This document shows positions 50,753 through 63,668 of a stretch of DNA of 64,000 nt, in pieces (the first letter of the stretch is position 1; the number at the start of each line of letters is the position of its first letter). Under the pieces are notes generated by a model. That model searched no databases, had not been told where the DNA came from, and worked only from the letters and a program-made list of their open reading frames with translations. The translations under genes were made by a program, and so were the position numbers. This stretch comes from Octopus sinensis (lineage: Eukaryota): contig NC_043014.1 in assembly GCF_006345805.1 (NCBI RefSeq), forward strand, positions 38,378,001 through 38,442,000. The letters are read 5' to 3'.

Positions 50753-51216
50753 TACAATATAAGACGTTATAAACACCTGAGATAGTAAAAAAATACGCAG
50801 CTTCACCAACGGATAACAGCACTACCAGTTATGATGTGCCAGCTCTCTTTATTAAAGTAGGCTATTAGCGTTATTTAGTTATTCTCTTCGTGCCTTAGCC
50901 TCTTTGCAGTAATAACTACACCCAGTCTTTCATCTCCAGAATACTAAACACAAACTTCTGTTGAAAACTTAACAATTTTGAGAGTTTATGCAACGATTAT
51001 GGAAGTCCTGCTTCTTTTTCCTAACCAAACCACAAAAAATATAATAGGCGCAGGAGTGGCTGTGTGGTTAGTAGCTTGCTTACCAACCACTGGTTCTGGG
51101 TTCATCTCCACTGCGTGGCACCTTGGGCAAGTGTCTTTTTCTATAGCCTCGGGCCGACCAAAGCCTTGTGAGTGGATTTGGTAGACGGAAACTGAAAGAA
51201 GCCCGTCGTATATATG

Positions 51217-51315
<99 letters not shown>

Positions 51316-51840
51316 GTGCGTGTGTTTTGTGTGTGTCTGTGTTTGTCCCCTCAACATCGCTTGACAACCGATACTGGCGTGTTTGCGTCCCCGTAACTTA
51401 GCGGTTCGGCAAAAGAGACCGAAAGAATAAGTCCAGGGGTCGATTTGCTCGACTAAAGGCGGTGCTCCAGCATGGCCACAGTCAAATGACTGAAACAAGT
51501 AAAAGACTAAAAGTGTACATACATATATGTATAAATTTATATAAATAAGGATAAGATCGTCCTTTTAAGTATCAATCATATCAAGTGGGTAGCATGGGAA
51601 TAAAAACCTTGTAGGTAATAGTTATTAAAATTATAATTAAGAGTATCTAAAAGATACCAACATGCTAGAGACAGCAGTCAAAACTTGACTCTTAAACCAC
51701 ATCAAATATTCATACACCACTAGGAGAAAAGACAAATAAAATAAACTAGCAAAAAATTATTAGATAATTCCAGATCTAGATTTTTAGGTCTGCATAAAAA
51801 CACGGGTTGCTTCGTCAGTGGAATATACACAGATGGTACA

Positions 51841-51875
<35 letters not shown>

Positions 51876-54139
51876 TTGATGTGGTTTTAGAGTGAAGTTT
51901 TGATTGCTGTCTCTAGCATAATGGTATCTTTTAGATACCCTTAATTGTAATTTACACACACACATACACACACACACAACACACACACATACATACACAC
52001 ACACACATATATATATATAAGGCAGGTGTAGACGTGGGTGTATGGTAAGCCGCTTCTCAATCACATGGTTTTGGGTTCAGTCCCTCTGTGTGGAACTTTG
52101 GGCAAGTGTCTTCTGCTATAACCTCGGACCGACCAAAGCGTTGTGAGTGGATTTGATAGACGGGAACTGAAAGAAGCTCATCGTATGTATATTTGTGTGT
52201 GTGTGTGTCTGAATGTGTGTGTGTGTTTAGAAAAATATTTTGATCTAGAAATTATCCAGAATAATGTATTTATGAACAATCCACTTACTTTATTTCAGCA
52301 CCAGCACTGCAATATACAATCTTCTTACAAAGTCATTGTAAGGGAAGCACTCCGTCGGTTACGACGACGAGGGTTCCGGTTGATCCGATCACGGAACAGC
52401 CTGCTCGTGAAATTAACGTGTAAGTGGCTGAGCACTCCACAGACACGTGTACCCTTAACGTAGTTCTCGGGGATATTCAGCGTGACACAGAGAGTTACAA
52501 GGCCGGCCCTTTGAAATACAGGTACAAGCGAAACAGGAAGTAAGAGTGAGAGAAAGTTGTGGTGAAAGAGTACAGCAGGGATCACCACCATCCCCTGCCG
52601 GAGCCTCGTGGAGCTTTAGGTGTTTTCGCTCAATAAACACTCACAACGCCCGGTCTGGGAATCGAAATCGCGATCCTACGACCGCGAATCCGCTGCCCTA
52701 ACCACTGGGCCATTGCGCCTCCACTACAAAGTCATTGTATATGTTAGTGTACAGGACGGAATTTAAAACCCACATGTCTCCCGAACAAGGAAAATTAGAC
52801 GTTTTCTTAAATGTTAAGTAAAAAAAATTGAACCATAGTATATTGCGATTTAGAGAATCACTTATTTTAGACAACATCGTAAAACACAAACAGATCTTCT
52901 AGGCTCCTATTACTCAATATTTTCTACTGAAACTTACAGGCATGTTTACTAAATGGATTAATAGTAAGGTTATATTTAAAATTAGATATTCTTTTATTCT
53001 TTTCTTTTTCCTTGTTTCAGTCATTTTGACTGCGGCCATGCTGGAGCACCGCCTTTAATCGAGCAACTCGACCCCGGAACTTATTCTTTTGTAAGCCCAG
53101 TACTTATTCTATCGGTCTCTTTTGCCGAACCGCTAAGTAACGGGGACATAAACACACCAGCATCGGTTGTCAAACAATGCTAGGGGGACAAACACAAACA
53201 CACAAACACACACATATACATATACATATATACGACGGGCTTCTTTCAGTTTCCGTCTACCAAATCCACTCACGAGGCTTTGGTCGGCCCGAGGCTATAG
53301 TAGAAGACACTTGCCCAAGGTGCCACGCAGTGGGACTGAACCCGGAACCATGAGGTTGGTAAGCAAGCTACTTACCACACAGCCACTCCTGCGCCTATGC
53401 ATTATAAATCTACCTAACTAACTAAGCTGACATTGCCAGTCTCTATTTATAAAAACTGACGAACAGTAAAAATGAATTGCTTAAATTTTGATAATCAATA
53501 TCGTTACTTAGCAGTAGCAAATATGCAAATTATGTCCGAATTAAATACAGAATTAATATGTGGGCCCCGACAGTTTACGTCTACCAAATTTCACTCAAGG
53601 GGATAGAAGACACTCACCGTTTTGGATCAAATTCAAAACTTCGTGGTAGTAAAAGAAACTCTTTAACGAAACAGCCATAGCTGTTCTTTGTACTTCTATG
53701 ATATCCTATGATCATTGAAATGACGATTAAAGGTCAAGGTAGTTGATTGAGCAGTCAGCTTTCAATAGTAACTACCAGGCTCCAAGATCTTTGTGAGTAT
53801 TGGAAAATCGCCCTTACCGCCAAATAGAAACTTTTATAATCTTTACATAGCAACTGATTACAAGTTATGGTTTTGCTTCAACCTTTAAAACATGTTAAAA
53901 CTTGTGCACCCGTCTTCAGAAACAAATAAATAAATAAATAAATTCCATACGTTGAATCAAAACCAAAACTTTTAGGCGCAGGAGTGGCTGTGTGGTAAGT
54001 AGCTTGCTAACCAACCACATGGTTCCGGGTTCAGTCCCACTGCGTGGCACTTTGGGCAAGTGTCTTCTGCTATAGGCCCGGGCCGACCAATGCCTTGTGA
54101 GTGGATTTGGTAGACGGAAACTGAAAGAAGCCTGTCGTA

Positions 54140-54229
<90 letters not shown>

Positions 54230-56837
54230 TTGTGTGTCTGTGTTTGTCCCCCTAGCATTGCTTGACAGCCGATGCTGGTGTGTTTACGTCCCCGTCACTT
54301 AGCGGTTCGGCAAAAAGAGACCGATAGAATAAGTACTAGGCTTACAAAGAATAAGTCCCGGGGTCGATTTGCTCGACTAAAGGCGGTGCTCCAGCATGGC
54401 CGCAGTCAAATGACTGAAACAAGTAAAAGAGTAAAAGAGTAAAAAGAGTAAACCGTTGTGAAATATTGGCAGGTAGTCTTTATACAGCACGAATAGCACA
54501 AAAACCTGTATTTTAAACTGAAATTCTGATGGGTCTTCTGGTGCACTCAGTCACCTTATACAGAGCCAACTAAGGAGCCACGACGGGGTCGCTTAGTAAT
54601 TACATACTTGCAGTATACGCTACCAAGAAGGTAAGTTTACAAATTGGTTTCGTTTTCCAAGGAGGGTAAACTTACAAATTAGGTTCTCGCTGCTAAGAAG
54701 GTAACCTCCACACAAGTAATCATTCACTGCATTAGCTCTGCTAAATTGGTTGTAAATATGCAAAATAGCTTACCGTTACTAAGAAAATAAGTATACAAAT
54801 TATGTTTGCATGCTTACTTTCTTAGAGTTATTTAGAGAATAAGCATGCAGGCTTCGACAAGTCTATCAGTTTCTACCCGTAGAGCTTTTGCCAGCTGGAA
54901 TAAAATACAGTCATCCAATGTGCAATGCAATGGAGATGGAATTCGTAACTACTTGATTGCAAAGTGAGCTCTTTAACCAAAAGTTATGTCTATTCTAGAT
55001 CTACAAAAGAGACGGACGTTTACTTTTCATAGGCCTTTGATAATAATTCTTGATCAGTGTTAATGTACGACCCAGTAACTAATACCATTATTTCACCAGT
55101 CATTCGTCCAGCAAACACTTTGAGATCTAAAGCTTGACATAGCTTATTTCATAGATTTCTGTGGGGCTTCTGTGTTTTACGAGCAATGACTGCAAGACAA
55201 CGTTACTTATCTTTAAAAAATAAGTGAAAATGCCATATCAACTGGTGGCATTGTAATTTACTGAAGCTTTATCAGTTTTACATAGTTACATCTGGATGAA
55301 CACTACCATTTAGTACTATCTATTACTTATAGCTGAATAGAGTTTGAAATTTAGGTATTTTCTCAAGAAATGTATGTTTGTTTAGCAAAGCAAATTTTTA
55401 AATTTTAAGCCTCAATAACTTAGTTACCAATAGGTGGGATATATTGTAAATGGAGAAAGAAAAATAAGAGAAAAATATATTTTCGGGGCTGTTATTTTAT
55501 TTTTTTTTGTGACATTTCTCTGAGATCATTCTCAATGTCGACTTATGGATTTCTGTAATATTTTATTTAAAAACTATTCAACCTTTAAGTGTTGTGATAA
55601 CGTGTCCACGCACATAGAAGTACGTAAACGTGCTAGAAATGGTGGCATAAATTCTCTCAAATCACACTACTTACAGCCTTTAATAAGAAAGGAAATATTT
55701 AATTATGAAGTCTGGGATGGAAAATGCACAAAAAGACGGAACGGTCGCATTTGGGGCTGACTTGAAGTTCCAAAACAATGTTTTTTTACTTTTATGTTAT
55801 TAGTAAAAGGGAGATTGAAACGTAACAAGATCAAATTATAGGCTTTGAACAACGGGATGTAAACACTTTATGGGTTTGATTTATGTTTTAGTATGCTTGA
55901 TAGGTGTTCTCTTGCGTGACTGTCTTGAACATTATTAGTATTGGAAAACAAAATCATTAGCATTGTATAGAGCAGTAGATTAGCAGAATCTTAAGTTAGC
56001 TTGCTGGCTAAGTTATGTCCTTTTAATAAAATATGTAAAGTATCTGTGGAGTTGAAATCATCAGACGATTGCGGTTTGACCAAAAATACAAGATAAGTAC
56101 ATGAATAAAAGGAGAGGAGATGGGGAGAGAGAATGGAAACTGCAGAAACAGTAAAAAGAGGAGAAGGAAGATCAATTCATAAACAATATGATAGTTTGGC
56201 TTCGCGAATGAAAATTGATGAAATGGGGCTGTCCACGTCGACTGCAAAATCATTAATGGTTGACAAGGTCAATATAACAGCTGCAAGGGAAATTCTGTTC
56301 TGGGTTCGGTGCTTCTGTATTACGGTTCTTGTTTTGTTCTCGAGGTCAGCCCAAGCGCGCGTTTTTTTTTGAAAGAGAAAACAAATTGGTTTTGCAGAGC
56401 ACTGGCGATGGTCATAGCAATAGGTACTGAGAGTGAAAATTTTCTTCAGAAACTCTTGGTACCTCTTCTTTGATGCTCTTCTACTCCGGTTGCCATTGAA
56501 GAATTCGCCATACTGCTTTAGCAGTATACGATCTATCAACTTGAAAATGTTCCCAGCTCAGTGCAGTTGTGACTTTAACTGCATGGTCTCGATGTAACTT
56601 TTGGTTATTCAAAAACTTCAGTATGAAAAATGAGTTTACAAAATACAATACAATGGTCTATATGAATCTCTGCACAGAGCATCACTAAAATGTGTAAGAT
56701 GCTCTCAAGTTCTCTCTGAAGCACGGAAATGCAGTAGCATGATAGAATCCAATGCTTGGAATAGGCATGTATTCAGACTGTCTTCAAGTGACGGAGGCAG
56801 TTTCTAACGATTTCCTATGTAGTAAACCAGTCAGTAG

Positions 56838-57085
56838 TGGAGGCGCGTGGCTTAGTGGTTAGAGTGTCAGCATCATGATCGTAAGATTGTGGTTTCGATT
56901 CCTGGACCGGGCGACGTGTTGTGTTCTTGAGCAAAGCACTTCATTTCACGTTGCTCCAGTCCACTCAGCTGGCAAAAATGAGTAACGCTGTGATGGACTG
57001 GCGTCCCGTCCAGCTGGGGGACACATACGCCATTGAAACTGGGAAACCGGGCCCTTGAGCCTGGCTAGGCTTTATAAGGGTGCAT
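56838..57085 (+). mobile_element. tRNA-derived SINE, further family
   Basis: A/B-box head ggaggcgcgtggcttagtgg..gtttcgattcc, central gttcttgagcaaagcac, 3' gatggactggcgtcccgtccag. Confidence 0.7.
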
Positions 57086-57205
57086 TTATTTTTTATTTTA
57101 AACCAGTCAGTAATCGCAGTGTTTACTACACCGGTAAGAATTAGAGATGTATTGTGCCTGCACTTTCCTCGAATGAACGAATGCCAGGTCCAGCAAACAC
57201 CATTA

Positions 57206-57597
57206 TCTCTCTCTATATAAACGGCAGTTTGTCTGTGTGTGTGTCTGTGTGTCTGTGTGTCTGTTAGATTGTACCCTCACCCTGACCACGGCTTTCAACC
57301 GATTCTGATGAAACTTGATATACACATAGCCCAATGTCATAATTCAAAACTAACGCAGCGAAAATTTTGAAAAGTTCCCCCAGTTCTGAAAAAAATCGAT
57401 AAATTCGACATGGGGTCGAGAATCAGAAACACAAACCACAGACTGTCTAGGGGACGCAACTCGACCTTTTAACTCTCAAAAAAAAATTTACCATAATTTT
57501 TTTTCCATTTTTTTGCTATTTTTTGGCTATAACTCTCTAAAAATGCTTTATAGTTATTTCCCTTACAAACCCGAGCAACGCCGGGTGATACTGCTAG
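57206..57597 (+). mobile_element. Non-autonomous Helitron
   Basis: A|TCTCTCTCTATATAAAC, TGTC repeats, and the same 3' hairpin and CTAG|T as the 50447 element. Confidence 0.8.
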
Positions 57598-58137
57598 TCT
57601 TTACTATTTTCTATAGAACACACATGATAAATGTAAAGTTGAGATGCAGCACTAATTATGCCTTTTATGTCGTTGAGAGAAATATGAACGTCTTATCTTA
57701 CTCTGTCTTTCCTCTCAAGAAAAGATGAGTGTAGATGAGTTCAAAGCCTACGATAAGCGACCATCATGGTCATCATTTGACCTAAATGAATTGAAATCAG
57801 TCCTTTCAGAAATTTTGTCAACTTCTACCGTGGTAAACCTTGTTTTCCATCGCCCTGAGTATGATCGAATAACTATCAGTCATACACTGGTGTCGATTCA
57901 TTCGACTACATAGATTTCCTAAAAAACTAGGATCAGTGAAGAAACATTTACGGCGTCACTCTATTAGAAACGGCAGCCAAATCTCCCTCAGATCACACAC
58001 ACATATTCCTTGTTTTAAATAAAAAGAACACATTAAATAAAATAGTTCTATATAACCCCAAGAAAGACAGGACAGACACTGCAGGTTTGGCTTTGGTCGT
58101 AGTTGAATTTGTTCAGGGCTCATCTGAAGCTAAACAG

Positions 58138-58170
<33 letters not shown>

Positions 58171-58759
58171 ACAACAACAACAACAACAACAACAAAAACA
58201 AAAACAACAACAAACAACAACAACAACAACAACAACAACTGCAGCAACATATCTTATAGAAGAACAATATTCCTTATTACAAAGCTTCTGACTGCAGGCG
58301 TGGCTGCATGGTTAAAGCGCTTGCTTCGCAACTACATGGTCTCGGTTTCAATCTCACTGCGCTGCACTTTGAGAAAGCGTCTTCTACTACATCTTCAGAT
58401 CAACCAAAACCTTTTGAATGAAATTGGTAGATGGAAACTGCGTAGAATCCTTTGAAAGGAACCGTTCCAGCTTTTCGGGTGGTAGACTTAATCTGTCTCC
58501 CCTCGCGATCATATAAGACAAACAGTAGCTCCTTACATACTAAGACTCAAACTATGCTGGTCTCATTTCCAGTTGAAGCAATTTAACTTTATTTCATTAC
58601 ATCCACCGCTAATGTCCACGTCAAGGAAAGCAGTTAAGCCATACCCCTATTTCTTCAAATGATCCTTAAATTATGATGACATATTTATGTCAAGTTATAA
58701 AGATACTAATTCACATAACAAGCTTATAACTATATTTATAATATAAGGATAGAAATAAA

Positions 58760-59265
58760 CTGTAGACTCGTTAATCCCTGATTCAGTCACCCTGATCCGG
58801 GATAACACGGTATGCTCAATGGTGAACCATGTAACGCTTATCACAGATTGATCAGTAATAACACAGGTCAGTGATCCGTCGAAGATTCTGCTTATACCAT
58901 AAAAACCCCTGCACCCTAGCGACTACCCAGAATGCTCAGCTACCCAGAATGCATTGACTATTGTGTTTACATGACTTTGCTGCGAGGCTGCGTATTTTTT
59001 ATACGGATTTACAAGTACACATCAACATTGGGCCAAGTGAACAGAAAAAAATATGAAGGTATCTGATCCTAACAAACGATGCAAACGATTGTATTCTTTA
59101 CAGGAAATAGCAGAGATGCTCAAGGAAATACATGAAGGTGGAAGCTTCGCTGCTGAGGGCTGTGAGTTAAGTGTCAATGAATCTTCCATTCGTTCCATTT
59201 ACGAAGTGCTTGGAAGTGATTCATTTATCACTGCATTTTTTTCGTTTTGGAATGAACCGTGATAA
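58760..59265 (+). mobile_element. Tigger/pogo-like transposon relic (CENP-B-type HTH N-terminus)
   Basis: ORF 59053-59262 KRLYSLQEIAEMLKEIHEGGSFAAEGCELSVNESSIRSIY resembles pogo N-termini (..GRSYAAVGRxxxVNESTIRxI). Degenerate TIR-like ctgtagactcgttaatcc near 58760. Confidence 0.6.
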
Positions 59266-61570
59266 ACGAGGATAAGCAAATAGTAAATGTTACAATCGCA
59301 TGCTGTTGTTTTAGTTATAGTCATAGTTAATATAGTTGTTGGTTAGCCACACTCCCAGACCGGGCGTCGTGAGTGTTTATTGAGCGAAAAAAACCCTAAA
59401 GCTCCACGAGGCTCCGGCAGGAGATGGTGGTGATCCCTGCTGTACTCTTTCACCACAACTTTCACTCACTCTTACTTCCTGTTTCTGTTGTACCTGTATT
59501 TCAAAGGGCCGGCCTTGTCACTCTCTGTGTCACGCTGAATATCCCCGAGAACTACGTTAAGGGTACACGTGTCTGTGGAGTGCTCAGCCACTTACACGTT
59601 AATTTCACGAGTAGGCTGTTCCGTTGATCGGATCAACCGGAACCCTCGTCGTTGTAACCGACGGAGTGCTTCCAAGTCCAAGGTTAGCCACAGGTCAAAG
59701 CTGATTGAGCAGACCAACGATCAACGATCAAATTCCAGCATCAATCTCTACCCTCGACATTTGGGTGTCTTCATTGGGTGTTCAAGACTAGATTATTCAA
59801 GACGATTTTTCATCTAACCCAAACCCTAACATTAGCCCTATTCCTGGTGCTGGGGCGACGAAGATGATAAGCACCATTATCCAGTAGTGGGATGAAATTA
59901 ATCTTTTGTGTTTTTTTTTTACTTGTGTCAGTCATTGAGCTGCGGTTATGCTGGAGCACCGCTTTGAAGGGTTTAGCCGAACAAAGGGTCCAAATACTTT
60001 ATTTTTGTTGTTTAAGTGAGGTACTTCTGCTAATACACACTTTGCTGAACTGCTAAGTGACAGGGAATAAACAAACAGACACCAATAGTGAAGGACAAAC
60101 TCACACGCGCACAGACATGCACACTTATAAGGCATTGGTCAGCCCAGGGGCTATAATTGAAGACACTTGCCCAAAGCGTCACACGGTAGGACTGAACCTA
60201 AAACTACTTGGTTACAAAGCGAGTTTCTTAACCACATAGCCATGCCTGCGCCTACATTTGAGGAAAATTTGACTGCTACTTCTTTCGGATCGGATCTTCC
60301 GTGTAAAGGCATCCACTTTGACAAGTACCATCGCAGGTTGCTGCCTGTTCGTAGTCAATCTCAATAGGAAAGAACTATAATCAAAGGCATCCCAGATATG
60401 ACTATCCAGTCTGTTTTTTTGGTGGAGTTTCTAGAATTGCAATATCTAATGTGTCCTCTTTTTGAAGACGACAGTGTGATTTGAGGGAGATTTGCCTACT
60501 ATTTCAAGAAGATCGATTTACCACATACGGGTTACTTCACTATCAAGTTGATCTGATTGTAAATGATGTTATTGTTGCTTAGTGTCACGTCGGCCGTGAT
60601 CAAGCATACATACGGTCGTATGCATTCCAGCCGTGATCCTCCTTCCTTCTTTTCAAGGCGCAGTGCAATTTAGATCATAATATCCAAAGTAGCGTTCTCT
60701 TTCTAAAACAGAAAGAAATACGATTTTGAAGGAACTTGACTTTTATTTCTAACAGGTCAAGTGATTTCGTAGTAGCTTCTTTTAGCTCGAGGTTGTATCC
60801 GTGTACAGTCACATGTATGTATGTAGTATGTATGTATGTATGTATGTATGTATGTATGTATGTATGTATGCATGTACGTATGTATGTATGTATGTATGTA
60901 TGTATGTATGTATGTATGTATGTGTGTATTTATAAATGTATGTATGTATGCATTTATGTATGTATGTATGTATGTATGTATGAGTGTGTGCGTACGTGTG
61001 TGTACGTGTGTACGTGGGCGCTTATAACCGCAGGTTGAAGTAGAAGGTGGAAATAGACATGATGATTTATAACCGTGTTTAAAACATTAAAGGTTCTCGA
61101 AGTGTAAAAGAACTTTTTACTTCACATCTCCACCCCAAAGACACAGTCATAAATATACAAGGAAAACAAATAATAAAAACCAAACTGTTCTTGAGTAGAA
61201 GTATTAAGAATCTAGATCTATGACTACACGTAGTAAACAAAAGTAATATTAATATCTGGCAGAGTCGTTAGCACGCCGGACAGAATGCTTAGCGGCATTT
61301 CGTCCGTCATTACATTCTGAGTTAAAATTCCGCCGAGGTTGACTTTGCGCTTTTCTGATCTTGTGCCTGTTCATCCCGAAAGATGAAAGGAAAAGTTTTA
61401 AAGAGCCGGAAGAAATGCCGCGATGCATTTTGTCCGACTTATTAATGATTCTGCCAGCTCACCACCTTGTATTTTACGGCTACTTTATTCTGTTGTCCAC
61501 GAAAAAAAAAAAAAACGAAAGGCAAAGTTGATTTCGGTTGAAGCTGAAGCCAGTATGTAAATAGTTAGAA

Positions 61571-62460
61571 AGGCGGTGAGCTGGCAGAAACGTTAGCACG
61601 CCGGGTGAAATGCGTAGCCGTATTTCGTCTGCCGTTACGTTCTGAGTTCAAATTCCACCGAGGTTGACATTGCCTTTCATCCTTTCGGGGTCAATAAATA
61701 TAATCGACTTAATCCGTTTGTCTGTCCTTGTTTGTCCTCTCTATGTTTAGCCCCTTGTGGGTAGTAAAGAAATAGGTATTTCGTCTGCCGTTACGTTCTG
61801 AGTTCAAATTCCACCGAGGTTGACATTGCCTTTCATCCTTTCGGGGTCAATAAATATAATCGACTTAATCCGTTTGTCTGTCCTTGTTTGTCCTCTCTAT
61901 GTTTAGCCCCTTGTGGGTAGTAAAGAAATAGGTATTTCGTCTGCCGTTACGTTCTGAGTTCAAATTCCACCGAGGTTGACATTGCCTTTCATCCTTTCGG
62001 GGTCAATAAATATAATCGACTTAATCCGTTTGTCTGTCCTTGTTTGTCCTCTCTATGTTTAGCCCCTTGTGGGTAGTAAAGAAATAGGTATTTCGTCTGC
62101 CGTTACGTTCTGAGTTCAAATACCGCCGAGGTTGACTTTGCCTTTCATCCTTTCGGGGTCGATAAATTAAGTACCAGTTACACACTGGGGTCGATATAAT
62201 CGACTTAATCCATTTGTCTGTCCTTGTTTGTCCTCTCTATGTTTAGCCCCTTGTGGGTAGTAAAGAAATAGGTATTTCGTCTGCCGTTACGTTCTGAGTT
62301 CAAACACCGCCGAGGTTGACTTTGCCTTTCATCCTTTCGGGGTCGATTAGATAAGTACCAGTTACGCACTGGGGTCGATATAATCAACTTAATCCGTTTG
62401 TCTGTCCTTGTTTGTCCTCTCTGTGTTTAGCCCCTTGTGGGTAGTAAAGAAATAGGTATT
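61571..62460 (+). repeat. Tandem array of SINE C bodies (3 x 156 bp, then 2 x 184 bp)
   Basis: Unit starts (tatttcgtct) at 61621, 61777, 61933, 62089 and 62273, ending at 62457. Confidence 0.92.
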
Positions 62461-63127
62461 TGCCCGCCTTTACGTTCTGAGTTCAAAATCTGCTGAGGCC
62501 AACTTTGCCTTTCATCCTTCCAGCGTCGATAAAATAAGTACCAGTTGAACACTGGGGTCGATGTAATCGACCAAACTCCTCGAAATTGCTGGTCTTGTAC
62601 CAAAATATGAAACCAGTGGCGAGGTCGTAGAATCGTTACCTCATACGTTCTGAGTTCCAATATCACCGGGGTCTACTTTGACTTTTATTCTTTCGGGGTC
62701 GATGAAAAAAGTACCAGAAGAGAACTGAGGTCGATGTGCTAGAATTTGAAACCAATATGTTGGATGGAATGCCACTAAATATTAGTAATAATAGTTTGTA
62801 ATTTAGGTAGAAGACCAGCTATTTTTGAAGGATAGGAGTTGGGGTAATCGATATTGACCGTAGTTCCTGTCTTGCATTTTACTTTGCAGTCTCCCAAAGA
62901 ACGAAAGGCAAGTTTACCTCGGCGGAATTGAACTCTTAACATAAAGAACCGAAAGAAATAGGCGCAGGCGTGACTGTGTAGTAAGAAACTTGCTTCCCAA
63001 CCACATCGTTCCGGGCTCAATTCCACTGCGTGGCACCTTGGGCGAGTGTTTTCTACTATAGCCTCGGGCTGACCAAAGCTTCATGGGTGGAATTAAAAGA
63101 CCGAAACTGAAAGAAGCCGTCGTATCA

Positions 63128-63230
<103 letters not shown>

Positions 63231-63361
63231 ATATATACTTTATTTAAAAGCAGCAGAAATTTAACAAAAGCTGTTACTCGGAATTTCATATTACTCTACC
63301 TCTGGTATTTAAGTACTCTTTTTTCCACCTTGTTTCACATTTATGTGTTTACTCCGGTATT

Positions 63362-63455
<94 letters not shown>

Positions 63456-63622
63456 GTTGTATACTGTCAATCTAACAAGAACGTGACAGTAGGGGGTACA
63501 CCACCGCTGTATAGCCCTAGGAAGCATCGAACGCCTCCTGATAGCTTTGACACATTTTTTTCCCTGTGTCCTTATATACATATACGAAGGGGAGACAAAC
63601 ACCCCCGGCCGCCGGAACTGCA

Positions 63623-63668
63623 TCTAGGGACACCGTGTTTCAGGATCTTTGTCCTTCATCGGCCTAGA
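63623..63668 (-). ncRNA. Minimal type I hammerhead ribozyme-like motif (U4C core variant)
   Basis: TCTAGG-CCGATGA-AGGA(caaaga)TCCT-GAAA-CAC(g)GTG-T-C-CCTAGA. Stems I, II and III are perfectly paired with a GUC triplet; predicted cut between 63629 and 63628. Confidence 0.75.

Noticed and set aside
57725-57913. 62-aa ORF MSVDEFKAYDKRPSW...
   Set aside because: Short, with no recognisable motif or convincing splice context.
61571-62460. CRISPR-like array
   Set aside because: No unique spacers; the units are whole SINE bodies in a eukaryotic context.
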